This document shows, one piece after another, positions 42,820-52,288 of a stretch of DNA of 64,000 nucleotides. Position 1 is the first letter of the stretch. Each line of letters starts with the position of its first letter. A model generated the notes under the pieces. The model made no database searches. It was not told the DNA's origin and saw only the letters and a list, made by a program, of their open reading frames with translations. A program made the position numbers and the translations under genes. Origin of the DNA: a virus (lineage: Duplodnaviria; Caudoviricetes); IMG/VR virus record IMGVR_UViG_3300028640_000004, positions 1 through 64,000 of that record; one strand, given 5' to 3'.

Positions 42820-43566
42820 ATGGCAAAAAGAAAGACATCAGAACAGGTACTGGTAGAGAATATATTAGACGGTAGAGAGGTAGAAGTCTTAAGTAGTAAG
42901 ATGATTAGAAAGACTAAGTATACCCAAGAAGCTTATGACATGAGTGTTGGGATACCAGGAACTGTACCAGAAAAGATTATTTATAACTACTTAACTGCTT
43001 CAGAAGTAGAGTTTTTCTTTCAGTATAATTATGCAGATAATAGAGTAACCGCATTACCAGAAGGTATGTGGATAGCAGACTTTTATTTACCGGCATATAA
43101 TATATATATAGAAGTATATGGAAATTATTGGCATTCAATAGATGAAACAGTTGATAAGGATTATCAGAAGAAGGCATTCTGGAATGCTATGGGACTAGAG
43201 GTTATTGATTCTTCTAGAGCAGAAGATCTAGTCCCATCAAAGACAGCACAAGTAGGTAAGGTTGTTATATGGTGGGAGAAAGATATCTATGCAGATGTGA
43301 GCGGTTTATTTGCTAGAGATTTACCAGAGATATCTGTTAGAAAGATTCCTGGTAAAGCTCATGAAGTAGGTTTTGATGCGATAGCAGAGATGGAAAAACG
43401 AGAACTTAATAGCAAGATACTTAAGCTTAGGAAGAGTAAGGCTCAGATTAAACCATTGAGACTAGAAGTTAAGAAGCTTAAGAAGAAGGCGATTAGTGCT
43501 AATTTCTTTGAAAGGAATATAGAGTTAATTAACACTACAAGAAAGATAAAAAGAAATGATTACTAA
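42820..43566 (+). CDS. PD-(D/E)XK endonuclease-like protein (Vsr/DUF559-like)
   Basis: EKIIYNYL...FQY...IADFYLP...YIEVYGNYWH...WWEKDI. Confidence 0.75.
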   Translation: MAKRKTSEQVLVENILDGREVEVLSSKMIRKTKYTQEAYDMSVGIPGTVPEKIIYNYLTASEVEFFFQYNYADNRVTALPEGMWIADFYLPAYNIYIEVYGNYWHSIDETVDKDYQKKAFWNAMGLEVIDSSRAEDLVPSKTAQVGKVVIWWEKDIYADVSGLFARDLPEISVRKIPGKAHEVGFDAIAEMEKRELNSKILKLRKSKAQIKPLRLEVKKLKKKAISANFFERNIELINTTRKIKRNDY

Positions 43567-43577
43567 ATACAAAAGAT

Positions 43578-45470
43578 ATGAGCAGTAAATCATATAGATC
43601 ATTAGAAGAACTAAACAAGATAGCGGCTATAGGAGTAGTCGAAGATTCTGGTGTAGATTCTTCTAGTAAATACATAAAAGTATTTCCAGGTAAGGTTGAA
43701 TATTCTACAGTCAACGCTCTTTGTGATGGACAAGCAGGACAAAGCTCTGGGAGTAAAAGTACTACTAATGATAATGTTATTAGTATAGCTAATATAGGAA
43801 GCGGCTATGTAGCTGGTAACTTTAGAATAGGAGAGCTTATTAACTTAAGCGGGCCTGGTGGAATGATTACATTTGGTATTCCATCTAGTGGTATAGTTGG
43901 TAGTCAACCTTATATGGTGATGGATAGATATGGTTTATATGGTGGAATTGGAGATAGTGACGATCGTTGGTTCTATGTAAACTATAGCGGAGAATCTGTT
44001 ACAGCTAATGGAAAGGTTATATCAGGTGGAGATCTATTTATAGGAAGTGCGTTATCTTATTTATTCTGGGATCATTCAAAAAGTAAGTTAACTCTCTATG
44101 GAGATTTTGATATAGCTGGTAATATCACTTCGGTAAATTGGAATCCAGACTGGTTAACCGACCCTCCAATGACAGGATATAAATTAGACTGGACTAGTGG
44201 CAATGCTTATTTTGCAGGAGCAGTAGTATCCGGTAGCTCTACAATAGGAGGGAGATTAGCTACTACAGTTGGGGGAGCTATAAATGTAGATGGAAACTTT
44301 ACTAATGACGTCATTAATACATCATTAAATACACAGTCTAGATATATTCTTAAGCTATTTGATGTTAAGAATACTACACAAACATTATCTGGATTTAGGT
44401 CTGGTACACTAGAGTGGAACTCTAGTGGAGAAATAATAAGTGGATATGGAGTAGCCATGACTCCATTTGGGTTGGTTGGTGGAGTTACAGTTGGAGGAAT
44501 TCCAAAGACAACTTTTAGTATTAGTGCATTAAATGGTGATGCTACTTTTGGTGGAATTCTTGTAGCTGCTTCTGGAACATTTGGAACTATTACAGCAGGA
44601 AGTCTTGGTGGTAGTCTTACTGTTGGAAATAGACTAGCTACTACCATAGGAGGAGCCATTGATGCTGATGGGAAGTTTATAAATGACATTGATATACCAG
44701 GAAAACTTAAAACTTCTACTGGTGAAATATTAAAAGTGTTTGATGTTAAAGCAACAACACAAGCGCTTTCTGGATTTAGAGCTGGAGATCTTGTATGGAA
44801 TAGTTCTGGGGTAAGAACTAGCGGTAAAGGAATTGCCATGACACCATATGGAATCATTGGACATGATGGAACAAATCCAACATTCTCGATAAATATAGAT
44901 GGCACGGCAACGTTTGCCGGAACATTATCTGCTGGTATTTCTATATCCTCTCCAATAATTACCGGAGGAAAGATGATATTAAATAATGAAACAGAAAAAT
45001 TCATACAACTAAGAAGGTGGAATGGAAGTAGTTGGTATGATGTTGTAGGATTTAATTATGCTTATGCGGCAGCAGGTGGAACATTTTCTATAGATACAGA
45101 TAGTGGAGGTCTATCTATAACTGATAGTGCTGGTCCATATGGCCCGGCCGGAAGTTTTTCTGCTGGAGCATGTAGCCTTAATATGAGGTCAAATATATTA
45201 ACACTTACATCTAACGTTTTGATACATGCAGAAGCACCAATTACTCAGACTAAATTACTAATACCTTATACTGATAACTCTTATAATCTAGGAAGCCCTT
45301 CATATAGATGGAGCACTTTATACACAGGTCATATACAATTTTCATCATACTCAACTAATCCTTCTGGGGCTATAGGTAAGATGTGGCATTTTGATAATGG
45401 ATCAGTACAACAATTTAGAGGATGTCCATGGAATACTAGTATTTATTCGTTTGATATGACAGCAATATAA
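43578..45470 (+). CDS. Tail fibre/spike-like protein with an internal ~105-aa duplication
   Basis: Gly-rich beta pattern; RLATT.GGAI..DG.F..D...ILK.FDVK.TTQ.LSGFR.G.L.WNSSG twice; PYTDNSYNLGSPSYRW. Confidence 0.7.
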   Translation: MSSKSYRSLEELNKIAAIGVVEDSGVDSSSKYIKVFPGKVEYSTVNALCDGQAGQSSGSKSTTNDNVISIANIGSGYVAGNFRIGELINLSGPGGMITFGIPSSGIVGSQPYMVMDRYGLYGGIGDSDDRWFYVNYSGESVTANGKVISGGDLFIGSALSYLFWDHSKSKLTLYGDFDIAGNITSVNWNPDWLTDPPMTGYKLDWTSGNAYFAGAVVSGSSTIGGRLATTVGGAINVDGNFTNDVINTSLNTQSRYILKLFDVKNTTQTLSGFRSGTLEWNSSGEIISGYGVAMTPFGLVGGVTVGGIPKTTFSISALNGDATFGGILVAASGTFGTITAGSLGGSLTVGNRLATTIGGAIDADGKFINDIDIPGKLKTSTGEILKVFDVKATTQALSGFRAGDLVWNSSGVRTSGKGIAMTPYGIIGHDGTNPTFSINIDGTATFAGTLSAGISISSPIITGGKMILNNETEKFIQLRRWNGSSWYDVVGFNYAYAAAGGTFSIDTDSGGLSITDSAGPYGPAGSFSAGACSLNMRSNILTLTSNVLIHAEAPITQTKLLIPYTDNSYNLGSPSYRWSTLYTGHIQFSSYSTNPSGAIGKMWHFDNGSVQQFRGCPWNTSIYSFDMTAI

Positions 45471-45486
45471 TAAATATATAAATAAT

Positions 45487-45819
45487 ATGAAAGACTACAA
45501 AGACACATCGTTACCATTAGAAGAAAGAAAACAATTATTTAAGATAGCGCAAAACAAAATGATGAATCCGTTTAGTTCTTTTGATCCAAATGACTTTGAA
45601 CCATTAGCTACTCCAGACGAAAGAGCTTTATGTTCTAGGAAAAGAAAAGAAATTCCAGACATACTTCCTACTTATGGATTAAAACCTAAGGAAGTATTAG
45701 AAGGACAAATGATTGGAATGTATGAATCTAAACAAGACTTATACTTACTCATAGCTGCAGTAAACAATAAGCTATTAAAAAGAATAAAAAAACTAGAAGC
45801 TCTGTTAAAATCTAAGTAA
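45487..45819 (+). CDS. Hypothetical protein
   Basis: ORF track. Confidence 0.65.
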   Translation: MKDYKDTSLPLEERKQLFKIAQNKMMNPFSSFDPNDFEPLATPDERALCSRKRKEIPDILPTYGLKPKEVLEGQMIGMYESKQDLYLLIAAVNNKLLKRIKKLEALLKSK

Positions 45820-45820
45820 C

Positions 45821-45849
45821 TTTACAAGTACCCACTCGTAAGATATAAT
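45821..45849 (+). promoter_or_regulatory. Sigma70-type promoter upstream of the endolysin region
   Basis: TTTACA-N17-TATAAT. Confidence 0.7.
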
Positions 45850-45879
45850 TAACGTAATAATTAATAATAAAAAATAAAT

Positions 45880-46179
45880 ATGATCATAAATATCAAAGAA
45901 GAATTAAGGACAATATCAGGTGAAGTTTATTCAGATAAAGGTAATAAGCCTCTAACGTTTAAAGATGTTCTAATTAATTGTTGTGAGATGTATAGACCAG
46001 AACCTGGTGTAACTGGTATGATAATTAAAGTGTATGCACTAGGAACTAAGACTTTCCAAGGAAAAGATAAGGTAGATTATACTGATGAAGAAGTAGAATT
46101 AATTAAGAAAGTCTGTGAGGCTAACCCTATGTATGTTACAGGTGTTCTTGGTGCCATGATTACCATAGTAAATAAATAA
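45880..46179 (+). CDS. Hypothetical protein
   Basis: ORF track. Confidence 0.65.
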   Translation: MIINIKEELRTISGEVYSDKGNKPLTFKDVLINCCEMYRPEPGVTGMIIKVYALGTKTFQGKDKVDYTDEEVELIKKVCEANPMYVTGVLGAMITIVNK

Positions 46180-46180
46180 T

Positions 46181-47236
46181 ATGTTTAACATATTTGCAAC
46201 AAAAAGTCCGACAATAGGTGCCAATATCTCTACAAGAGATAGGGAACTTGATTACTCTGTAAAGGAAATTAAGATAGCTAGTGGTATGATACTACCTAAG
46301 ACTGAAGAAGAGTGGCGGAAGTATCCTATTAGAAATCAATTAAGTACAAGTAGTTGTGTCGCTCATTCAGTAGCTAAGTCTTTAGGAGTTAATAATTACA
46401 TAGAAGAAGGTAAGTACCTTGATCTATCTCCTAGATTTATTTATGCAAATAGATCCAATAAACCAGGATTAGGTATGATTGCAGAGAACTCTGCTAAGAT
46501 AGTTAATACATTAGGTTGTCCTTTAGAGGTTCAAGTACCCTTTATTAACAGTGAAGATGAGATGAATCACATAGATGACGTGACTGAGTATGATAAACAG
46601 ACAGCTCTTATTGCAAAATCTAAAGGCGTGATACACTTTAATGTAAGAGATATAGATACGATAGCAAATTATATAGAATCAACTGGAAGATGTGTTAATG
46701 TCTTTGTCCAATTCCATTATAACGAATGGACTGATGTCCCAGTATTAAAGAGTGGATTACCAATGAATTGTAGGCATTGTATACCGTTAACTAATGGGAT
46801 ACTATATAATAAAGATATAGCCACAACAGCAGAAGATAGTTGGGGGCCAGCATATGGAAGGGGAGGAAGAAGGATTCTTACTAGAGAGTGGTTTGAATCA
46901 GGCAGAGTATATGAGGCATATGCTTTTGAAGATGTGCAAAACAACTGGAGAGATGTCGACTTATCTTCAGTCATAAAACCTAAATATAAGTTTAATAACG
47001 TCATGAAGTTAGGAGAAAGAAGTGATGACGTTCTTAACTTACAAAAATGTCTTAAGTCTGTTGGATTTTTTCCAGAGACTCAAGAACCAACTGGATACTA
47101 TGGAGGTATTACAGCTAATGCAGTTTTACAATTCGCTCTTAAACATTTACCAGAGCACAAACAAGAAGTACTCTTGGTAAATGGTAAGAGTGTCGGAAGG
47201 AAAACATTAAGTAAGTTAAATGAAATTTTTAATTAA
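46181..47236 (+). CDS. Endolysin: papain-like cysteine peptidase + peptidoglycan-binding domain
   Basis: IRNQLSTSSCVAHS, LSPRFIY, RHCI, EDSWG; C-terminal DVLNLQKCL...TGYYGGITANAV. Confidence 0.8.
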   Translation: MFNIFATKSPTIGANISTRDRELDYSVKEIKIASGMILPKTEEEWRKYPIRNQLSTSSCVAHSVAKSLGVNNYIEEGKYLDLSPRFIYANRSNKPGLGMIAENSAKIVNTLGCPLEVQVPFINSEDEMNHIDDVTEYDKQTALIAKSKGVIHFNVRDIDTIANYIESTGRCVNVFVQFHYNEWTDVPVLKSGLPMNCRHCIPLTNGILYNKDIATTAEDSWGPAYGRGGRRILTREWFESGRVYEAYAFEDVQNNWRDVDLSSVIKPKYKFNNVMKLGERSDDVLNLQKCLKSVGFFPETQEPTGYYGGITANAVLQFALKHLPEHKQEVLLVNGKSVGRKTLSKLNEIFN

Positions 47237-47238
47237 AA

Positions 47239-47880
47239 ATGATACCAAACAAAGCAACCGGAGCTGGTAACAATAATGCTACTATGGTCTATAAGGCTGT
47301 ATTTAGCGAAGCGTTATCATCAGCTCCTAGACTAGAGGCTTGGGATAATAGTGAAACCTTTCCAGTAGTACCTGCTATTGGAGTAACTACTAATAAGGAG
47401 ATATTTACCGGTACTGCAGGTAACGGAAATAAGCCAATGTTAGCTGGGTACATAGGTGGAAAGTCTGGATCAGCTGTATTACCTGGTGCTAGTTGGCATC
47501 CAAGCAGTGCTACTGCAGGATATGCTAATCCTAACCTTTTAAAAGGACAGACAAATTATGTTAGAGCGGCAGTGACTCCAGACGCAGATGAAGATATTGT
47601 ATTCAATATTTCTTCACGAGTTCCGGCAGATGCTACTGTTCCTAGTGTTAGTAGCATGAATGCAATTATACAAATCAGATATAATTACATTGATGCTGAA
47701 CCAACGGTAAGCCTTTACTTTAATGAGGGCACTGAAGGATCTCCTTCATGGACAGCTATTACACCGGGAACACACGGAGTTCGTTTCTGTAATGCTGGTA
47801 CAGTATCAGGAGGTCCATATAAATTAACACTTGCAGAATCTGGAACAGTAGATGCTGCTGAGCAATGGATAACTGAATAA
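47239..47880 (+). CDS. Putative structural protein
   Basis: G/A/T/P-rich beta protein in virion block. Confidence 0.55.
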   Translation: MIPNKATGAGNNNATMVYKAVFSEALSSAPRLEAWDNSETFPVVPAIGVTTNKEIFTGTAGNGNKPMLAGYIGGKSGSAVLPGASWHPSSATAGYANPNLLKGQTNYVRAAVTPDADEDIVFNISSRVPADATVPSVSSMNAIIQIRYNYIDAEPTVSLYFNEGTEGSPSWTAITPGTHGVRFCNAGTVSGGPYKLTLAESGTVDAAEQWITE

Positions 47881-47888
47881 AACAAACT

Positions 47889-48260
47889 ATGAAAATACGA
47901 TGTACAACATGTGGAGCAGCTCATCTTGTTGGAGGTATTGATGCTACAGCTCCTAATGCAGTAACAGCTACAGTAACAGCTATTACAGGAGATGCTTTAT
48001 CAAGAGTGGCAGCTGCTGATGTAGATGGAGATGTGGTAAGGTTAACTGCTAAACAGTTCGGTGATTATGCTAATGTAATACCAACAAGTACTACGTGTGA
48101 GAATGCATCATTTACCACTACCTACTTAGCTGGAGGTGTTAATGGTACTCCTGGTTTCAATGATCAGATACTGTCAGATGATACTTATATGTATATCTCT
48201 ACAGATAAAAGTACCGTTACTACGAGTAACTGGATAAAGAAAGAATTAGAAGAGCTTTAA
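47889..48260 (+). CDS. Putative structural/decoration protein
   Basis: VVRLTAK..G...N...LAGGVNGT. Confidence 0.5.
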   Translation: MKIRCTTCGAAHLVGGIDATAPNAVTATVTAITGDALSRVAAADVDGDVVRLTAKQFGDYANVIPTSTTCENASFTTTYLAGGVNGTPGFNDQILSDDTYMYISTDKSTVTTSNWIKKELEEL

Positions 48261-48273
48261 TAAATAAAGAAAT

Positions 48274-48651
48274 ATGAAGATAACCTGTAAACAATGTGGT
48301 ATTGTGCTTACTGTAGATGCACAAGATGCAGAATTACATCCAGGACTTTGCGATGTATGTATCAATACAGTACCTGCCACAGTAGAGTTCGTTCAAGATA
48401 ATCAACCTAATATAGAAACACAAATGGAACCACAAGAAACACAGGAGCCTATTGCTCCAGAAGAAGTAGTAGAATCTATAGAAGAAGAAGTGATTGCAGA
48501 AGAGGCTGAAGCTCTTATGGAAGAGATCGCATTACCTCAATCTGCTGGTGAGGTATTAGAAGTTCCAGAAGAACAAAAAGAAGAACAGCCAGAAGAAGTT
48601 CCTGTCACAGAAGAAGTTCCAGTTGTGGAACCTACTCCAGTACAGGAATAA
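48274..48651 (+). CDS. Zn-ribbon + highly acidic disordered tail protein
   Basis: CKQC...CDVC followed by E/P/V-rich tail. Confidence 0.65.
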   Translation: MKITCKQCGIVLTVDAQDAELHPGLCDVCINTVPATVEFVQDNQPNIETQMEPQETQEPIAPEEVVESIEEEVIAEEAEALMEEIALPQSAGEVLEVPEEQKEEQPEEVPVTEEVPVVEPTPVQE

Positions 48652-48691
48652 GAACTACTAAATAATCCAATTAATAATAACAATAAAGATT

Positions 48692-49105
48692 ATGTTCATA
48701 GTTCAAACATCAACAGGAGAAACTTACACTGAAAAGAATGGGTTTTATTGGAATCATATTCCAAAGGAGGCGAAGATATCTTCGCTTTCCTTAACCCATC
48801 CTTTCAAAATTACGTTCCAATCTACACCAGAACCAGTATCAATCATTCCTAAGTTCGTGCTTAAAGGATATGATGAGTACTATTTCTCTAATGAGCAGAC
48901 TGTTTCATTAATGTCTTGTAATGGTAAGCTTACACAAAGAGCTAAAACTCTTACAGCAAAGATAGTAGCAGGAATAAAAGGAGATATAGTATCAGAGTTC
49001 AGAATGGATAAGAGTGGAAATATAGTAAGCCGAGTCTTTAACAAAAGAGAGTTAGAAGACGGAAGCTTTGATCTAAGCTCGATAAGGAAAGGTTTGACTG
49101 CTTAG
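48692..49105 (+). CDS. Hypothetical protein
   Basis: ORF track. Confidence 0.65.
   Translation: MFIVQTSTGETYTEKNGFYWNHIPKEAKISSLSLTHPFKITFQSTPEPVSIIPKFVLKGYDEYYFSNEQTVSLMSCNGKLTQRAKTLTAKIVAGIKGDIVSEFRMDKSGNIVSRVFNKRELEDGSFDLSSIRKGLTA
48770..48785. repeat. Dispersed palindrome copy 6: GCGAAGATATCTTCGC (inside CDS)
   Basis: Perfect 16-bp palindrome. Confidence 0.85.
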
Positions 49106-49122
49106 TCTTATTGAGCTAATAT
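49094..49122 (+). promoter_or_regulatory. Sigma70-type promoter upstream of a structured leader
   Basis: TTGACT-N17-TAATAT. Confidence 0.6.
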
Positions 49123-49128
49123 AAAGAT

Positions 49129-49222
49129 AAGAACAGCCGTGAGGTTGCCACAGTACTAATAGGAAACTCCTATTTGCTATGGCATAAGAGCTACCTATTA
49201 GATAATTAATGGGTAGTTTTTT
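49129..49222 (+). ncRNA. Structured leader/sRNA ending in an intrinsic terminator
   Basis: CAGCC-GTGA-GGTTG; TGCCA..AATAGGA-AAC-TCCTATT..TGGCA; GCTACCTATTA/TAATGGGTAGT + T-run. Confidence 0.6.
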
Positions 49223-49231
49223 ATTATTTAA

Positions 49232-50173
49232 ATGACATACGATCCAATTAAGAATAATGTAATCGTTTCTGTCAGCGGTTTATACAATGCAAGTGCAGTA
49301 ACAATCACATTAGTCTCTGGAGAAAGAGCAAAACTCTTAGATCCGGCTACCCATGGAGAGTATAACCTTGGGTGGTTTAACATAACAGATTATGCTAGCC
49401 CTCATGAAGATCCTTATGTTGAGTATGTAAGAGTTAAATCATTCTCTGCCACACCAGATGTTATAACTATTCAGAGACCTAGTATATCTAACAACTATAA
49501 TGATGAGGGCACCGAGAATGTTCCAACTACTAAGAATATTACAGGTAAAGAATATGCTATGGGCATGTTCGTTACAAAGAAAATACTACAAGATATCATA
49601 GATGATAAGGCCGATCTTGTAAGTCCATCATTTACAACACCTGATTTAGGAGTAGCTACAGCTGATAGTATTAATGGAGTAGATATAAATAGTTCCATTA
49701 GTGGCTTCGATATAGAAAAAGCTGGGGAAAGCAAGCTATCTGTAATAGAAGGTGAGGTGATTATACAAGGAGGCGGATCATTTACTTATGAGTTTCCAGA
49801 GAAAAATGGAACAGTAGCAATGCTAGATGATATAGGGGGTACAGGAATATCTTGGGAAGTAACAGGAACACCTACTAAACAGATGGTTATTAACAAGGGA
49901 TATATACCAACTAGTTCTAGCCAAGTAGTATTCACTCTACCAGAACTAGCATCGGTTGGGAGTGTATTAAGAGTATCTGGTTTTGGAGAAGGTGGTTGGA
50001 AAATATTACAACATAATGCCGTTGAAGTATTCATAGGGGATACTAGTACAACAGAAGGAACTTCAGGGTCCCTAGAATCTACACATAAAAGGGATAGTGT
50101 GGAGCTAGTATGTGTAGTAGAAGATTTAAAATGGAATGTGGTGAGTTCCATTGGTAACATAAAGATAAACTAA
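49232..50173 (+). CDS. Tail fibre anchor-like protein with C-terminal GGWK...SSIGNI domain
   Basis: N-terminal EYVRVK...ITIQR; C-terminal domain shared with 50243 and 56088. Confidence 0.65.
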   Translation: MTYDPIKNNVIVSVSGLYNASAVTITLVSGERAKLLDPATHGEYNLGWFNITDYASPHEDPYVEYVRVKSFSATPDVITIQRPSISNNYNDEGTENVPTTKNITGKEYAMGMFVTKKILQDIIDDKADLVSPSFTTPDLGVATADSINGVDINSSISGFDIEKAGESKLSVIEGEVIIQGGGSFTYEFPEKNGTVAMLDDIGGTGISWEVTGTPTKQMVINKGYIPTSSSQVVFTLPELASVGSVLRVSGFGEGGWKILQHNAVEVFIGDTSTTEGTSGSLESTHKRDSVELVCVVEDLKWNVVSSIGNIKIN

Positions 50174-50242
50174 TATGCCAACAATAACAGGAGTTACATC
50201 GATAACAATAATAATTCCAGAAGAATAATTAATTAAATTAAT

Positions 50243-51859
50243 ATGGTAAAAACAAGAAACAATTCAGTAAACCTTGAGGTAAAGAATAATGCCGATGGGT
50301 TTGAATTAGGTGGTGGTAGTACTAAACGAGTACTTGGAGTTACTGGTGGTAATGTTACTATTACAGGAGGCGGTGCATATACATACACATTCCCCTCTGC
50401 TAGTGGAACACTTGCTCTTACCACAGACATACCAACATTATCTAGTAAGTTCATAGTACAAGGAACGACAGATGCCAATCTTCCTAATGCACAGTTCTTA
50501 GGAGCTCTTACAACAGGCTTAGTTAAGAACACAACTACTACCGGAGTGTTAAGTATTGCAGTAGCTGGTACTGATTATGTTGCACCTAATGCAGCAATAA
50601 CAGGAGCAACTAAGACTAAGGTTACTTATGATGCAAAAGGATTAGTAACAAGTGGAGCAGACGCTACTACTGCTGATATAGCAGATAGTGCAAACAAGAG
50701 ATATTGTACAGATGCACAAAAGGCAGTGATAGATAATACTAGTGGAACCAACTCAGGAGATGAAACAACTTCTACTATTAAGACTAAGTTAGGTGCTGCT
50801 GATACTGATAGTGATGGTTACCTTACTAGTACAGACTGGAATACTTTCAACGGAAAGCAGGCAGCTCTTGGATTTACTCCAGAGAATTCAGCTAATAAGA
50901 ATCAGGCTAGTGGATATGTTGGTCTTGAAGCTGATGGAAAGATTAGTTCTAGTTACTTACCAGCTATAGCTATTACAGATACATTTGTAGTAGCCAGTCA
51001 AGCAGCTATGCTTGCACTATCTGCAGCAGATAAAGGAGATATCGCTGTAAGAACTGATGAGAATAAGACTTATATCTTAACAGCATTACCTTATTCTACA
51101 TTAGCTAATTGGCAATTACTCTTATCTCCAACAGATACAGTCACTAGTGTCTTTGGAAGAACAGGGGCTGTTACAGCTACTAGTGGAGATTATACAGCAG
51201 ATCAGATTACAGAGACTGCAACCAGAGTGTTCTTAACTCCAGCACAAAAGACAGTTGCTACACAAGCAGCTTCTGGAAGTCAGAATGGATATTTATCTAG
51301 TACAGATTGGACAACCTTTAATAGTAAACAAGCTGCTTTATCTATAGCTTCTGCTGCTGATCTAAGAACAGGAACAGATAACGCTAAGTTAGTTACTTGT
51401 AAGACTATTAAAGATTCCCTTAATGTACCTAATGTAGCTCCAGGAGCAGCAGGAAATGTAATGACATCTGATGGAACCAACTGGACAAGCAGCGCTCCTT
51501 CTAATAGTACAGATGATATTACTACTGATTCAACTCTTACAGCTAGGGATAGTATTACATTAGTTAGAGCGAACAAAGCTTCTACACTTTTGACTATAAC
51601 GCTACCATCAGCCAGTGGTTTGACAGTAGGTAAATCAATCTATAAAATAGTAGGTATAGGAACAGGCGGATGGAAGATCGCACAGAACGCAGCTGATACT
51701 ATTATCTTTGGAGATACAAGCACTACCAAAGGGACAGGTGGATATATCTCAAGTACAGATAACAGGGATTGTGTAGAGCTTGCGCTAGTATATAAGAACG
51801 GAACTAGTGATTATCATTGGCAAGTAATAAGTTCAGTAGGTAACATAACAATGGCATAG
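50243..51859 (+). CDS. Tail fibre protein
   Basis: TKVTYDAKGLVTSG, GYLTSTDWNTFN (x2), VTSVFGRTGAVTA; C-terminal GGWKIAQ...SSVGNIT. Confidence 0.8.
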   Translation: MVKTRNNSVNLEVKNNADGFELGGGSTKRVLGVTGGNVTITGGGAYTYTFPSASGTLALTTDIPTLSSKFIVQGTTDANLPNAQFLGALTTGLVKNTTTTGVLSIAVAGTDYVAPNAAITGATKTKVTYDAKGLVTSGADATTADIADSANKRYCTDAQKAVIDNTSGTNSGDETTSTIKTKLGAADTDSDGYLTSTDWNTFNGKQAALGFTPENSANKNQASGYVGLEADGKISSSYLPAIAITDTFVVASQAAMLALSAADKGDIAVRTDENKTYILTALPYSTLANWQLLLSPTDTVTSVFGRTGAVTATSGDYTADQITETATRVFLTPAQKTVATQAASGSQNGYLSSTDWTTFNSKQAALSIASAADLRTGTDNAKLVTCKTIKDSLNVPNVAPGAAGNVMTSDGTNWTSSAPSNSTDDITTDSTLTARDSITLVRANKASTLLTITLPSASGLTVGKSIYKIVGIGTGGWKIAQNAADTIIFGDTSTTKGTGGYISSTDNRDCVELALVYKNGTSDYHWQVISSVGNITMA

Positions 51860-51861
51860 TC

Positions 51862-52287
51862 ATGGTAAAACAAAATAGCATAAATAAAGCAAGTGAAGAA
51901 CTAGAGATTGATAACAGTCAGTGGCTTAAGTCCACTGACTCTAGTGGCACTGGAGAGATCAATGTAATCAGAGTTAACTCAGATGATGAGATTGATATAG
52001 GAGCCAAACTTAACATTGGAGAAATAGAGGCTTATCCAGACTCTGGACTTGTTGTGCTATGTGATTTACCTGTTACCTCTAACTCTCCAGATGGTACTGA
52101 GATGTCTTGGACTATAAAGGTCGGAGCAACGAACATATTAAAAATCTATGCTGAATCTAATGGAGCTGGCGGAGTTGATACTTTCAAAGTAAGACTGCTT
52201 AATAAAGCAGTTCTTACTATGGAAGATAGTGCAGGTACAACTCATACATACACATCAGATACAGATGGTAGTTTAATAGTATCATAA
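51862..52287 (+). CDS. Fibre-associated protein (N-terminus MVKQNSIN)
   Basis: ORF track; shared N-terminal motif. Confidence 0.6.
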   Translation: MVKQNSINKASEELEIDNSQWLKSTDSSGTGEINVIRVNSDDEIDIGAKLNIGEIEAYPDSGLVVLCDLPVTSNSPDGTEMSWTIKVGATNILKIYAESNGAGGVDTFKVRLLNKAVLTMEDSAGTTHTYTSDTDGSLIVS

Positions 52288-52288
52288 G

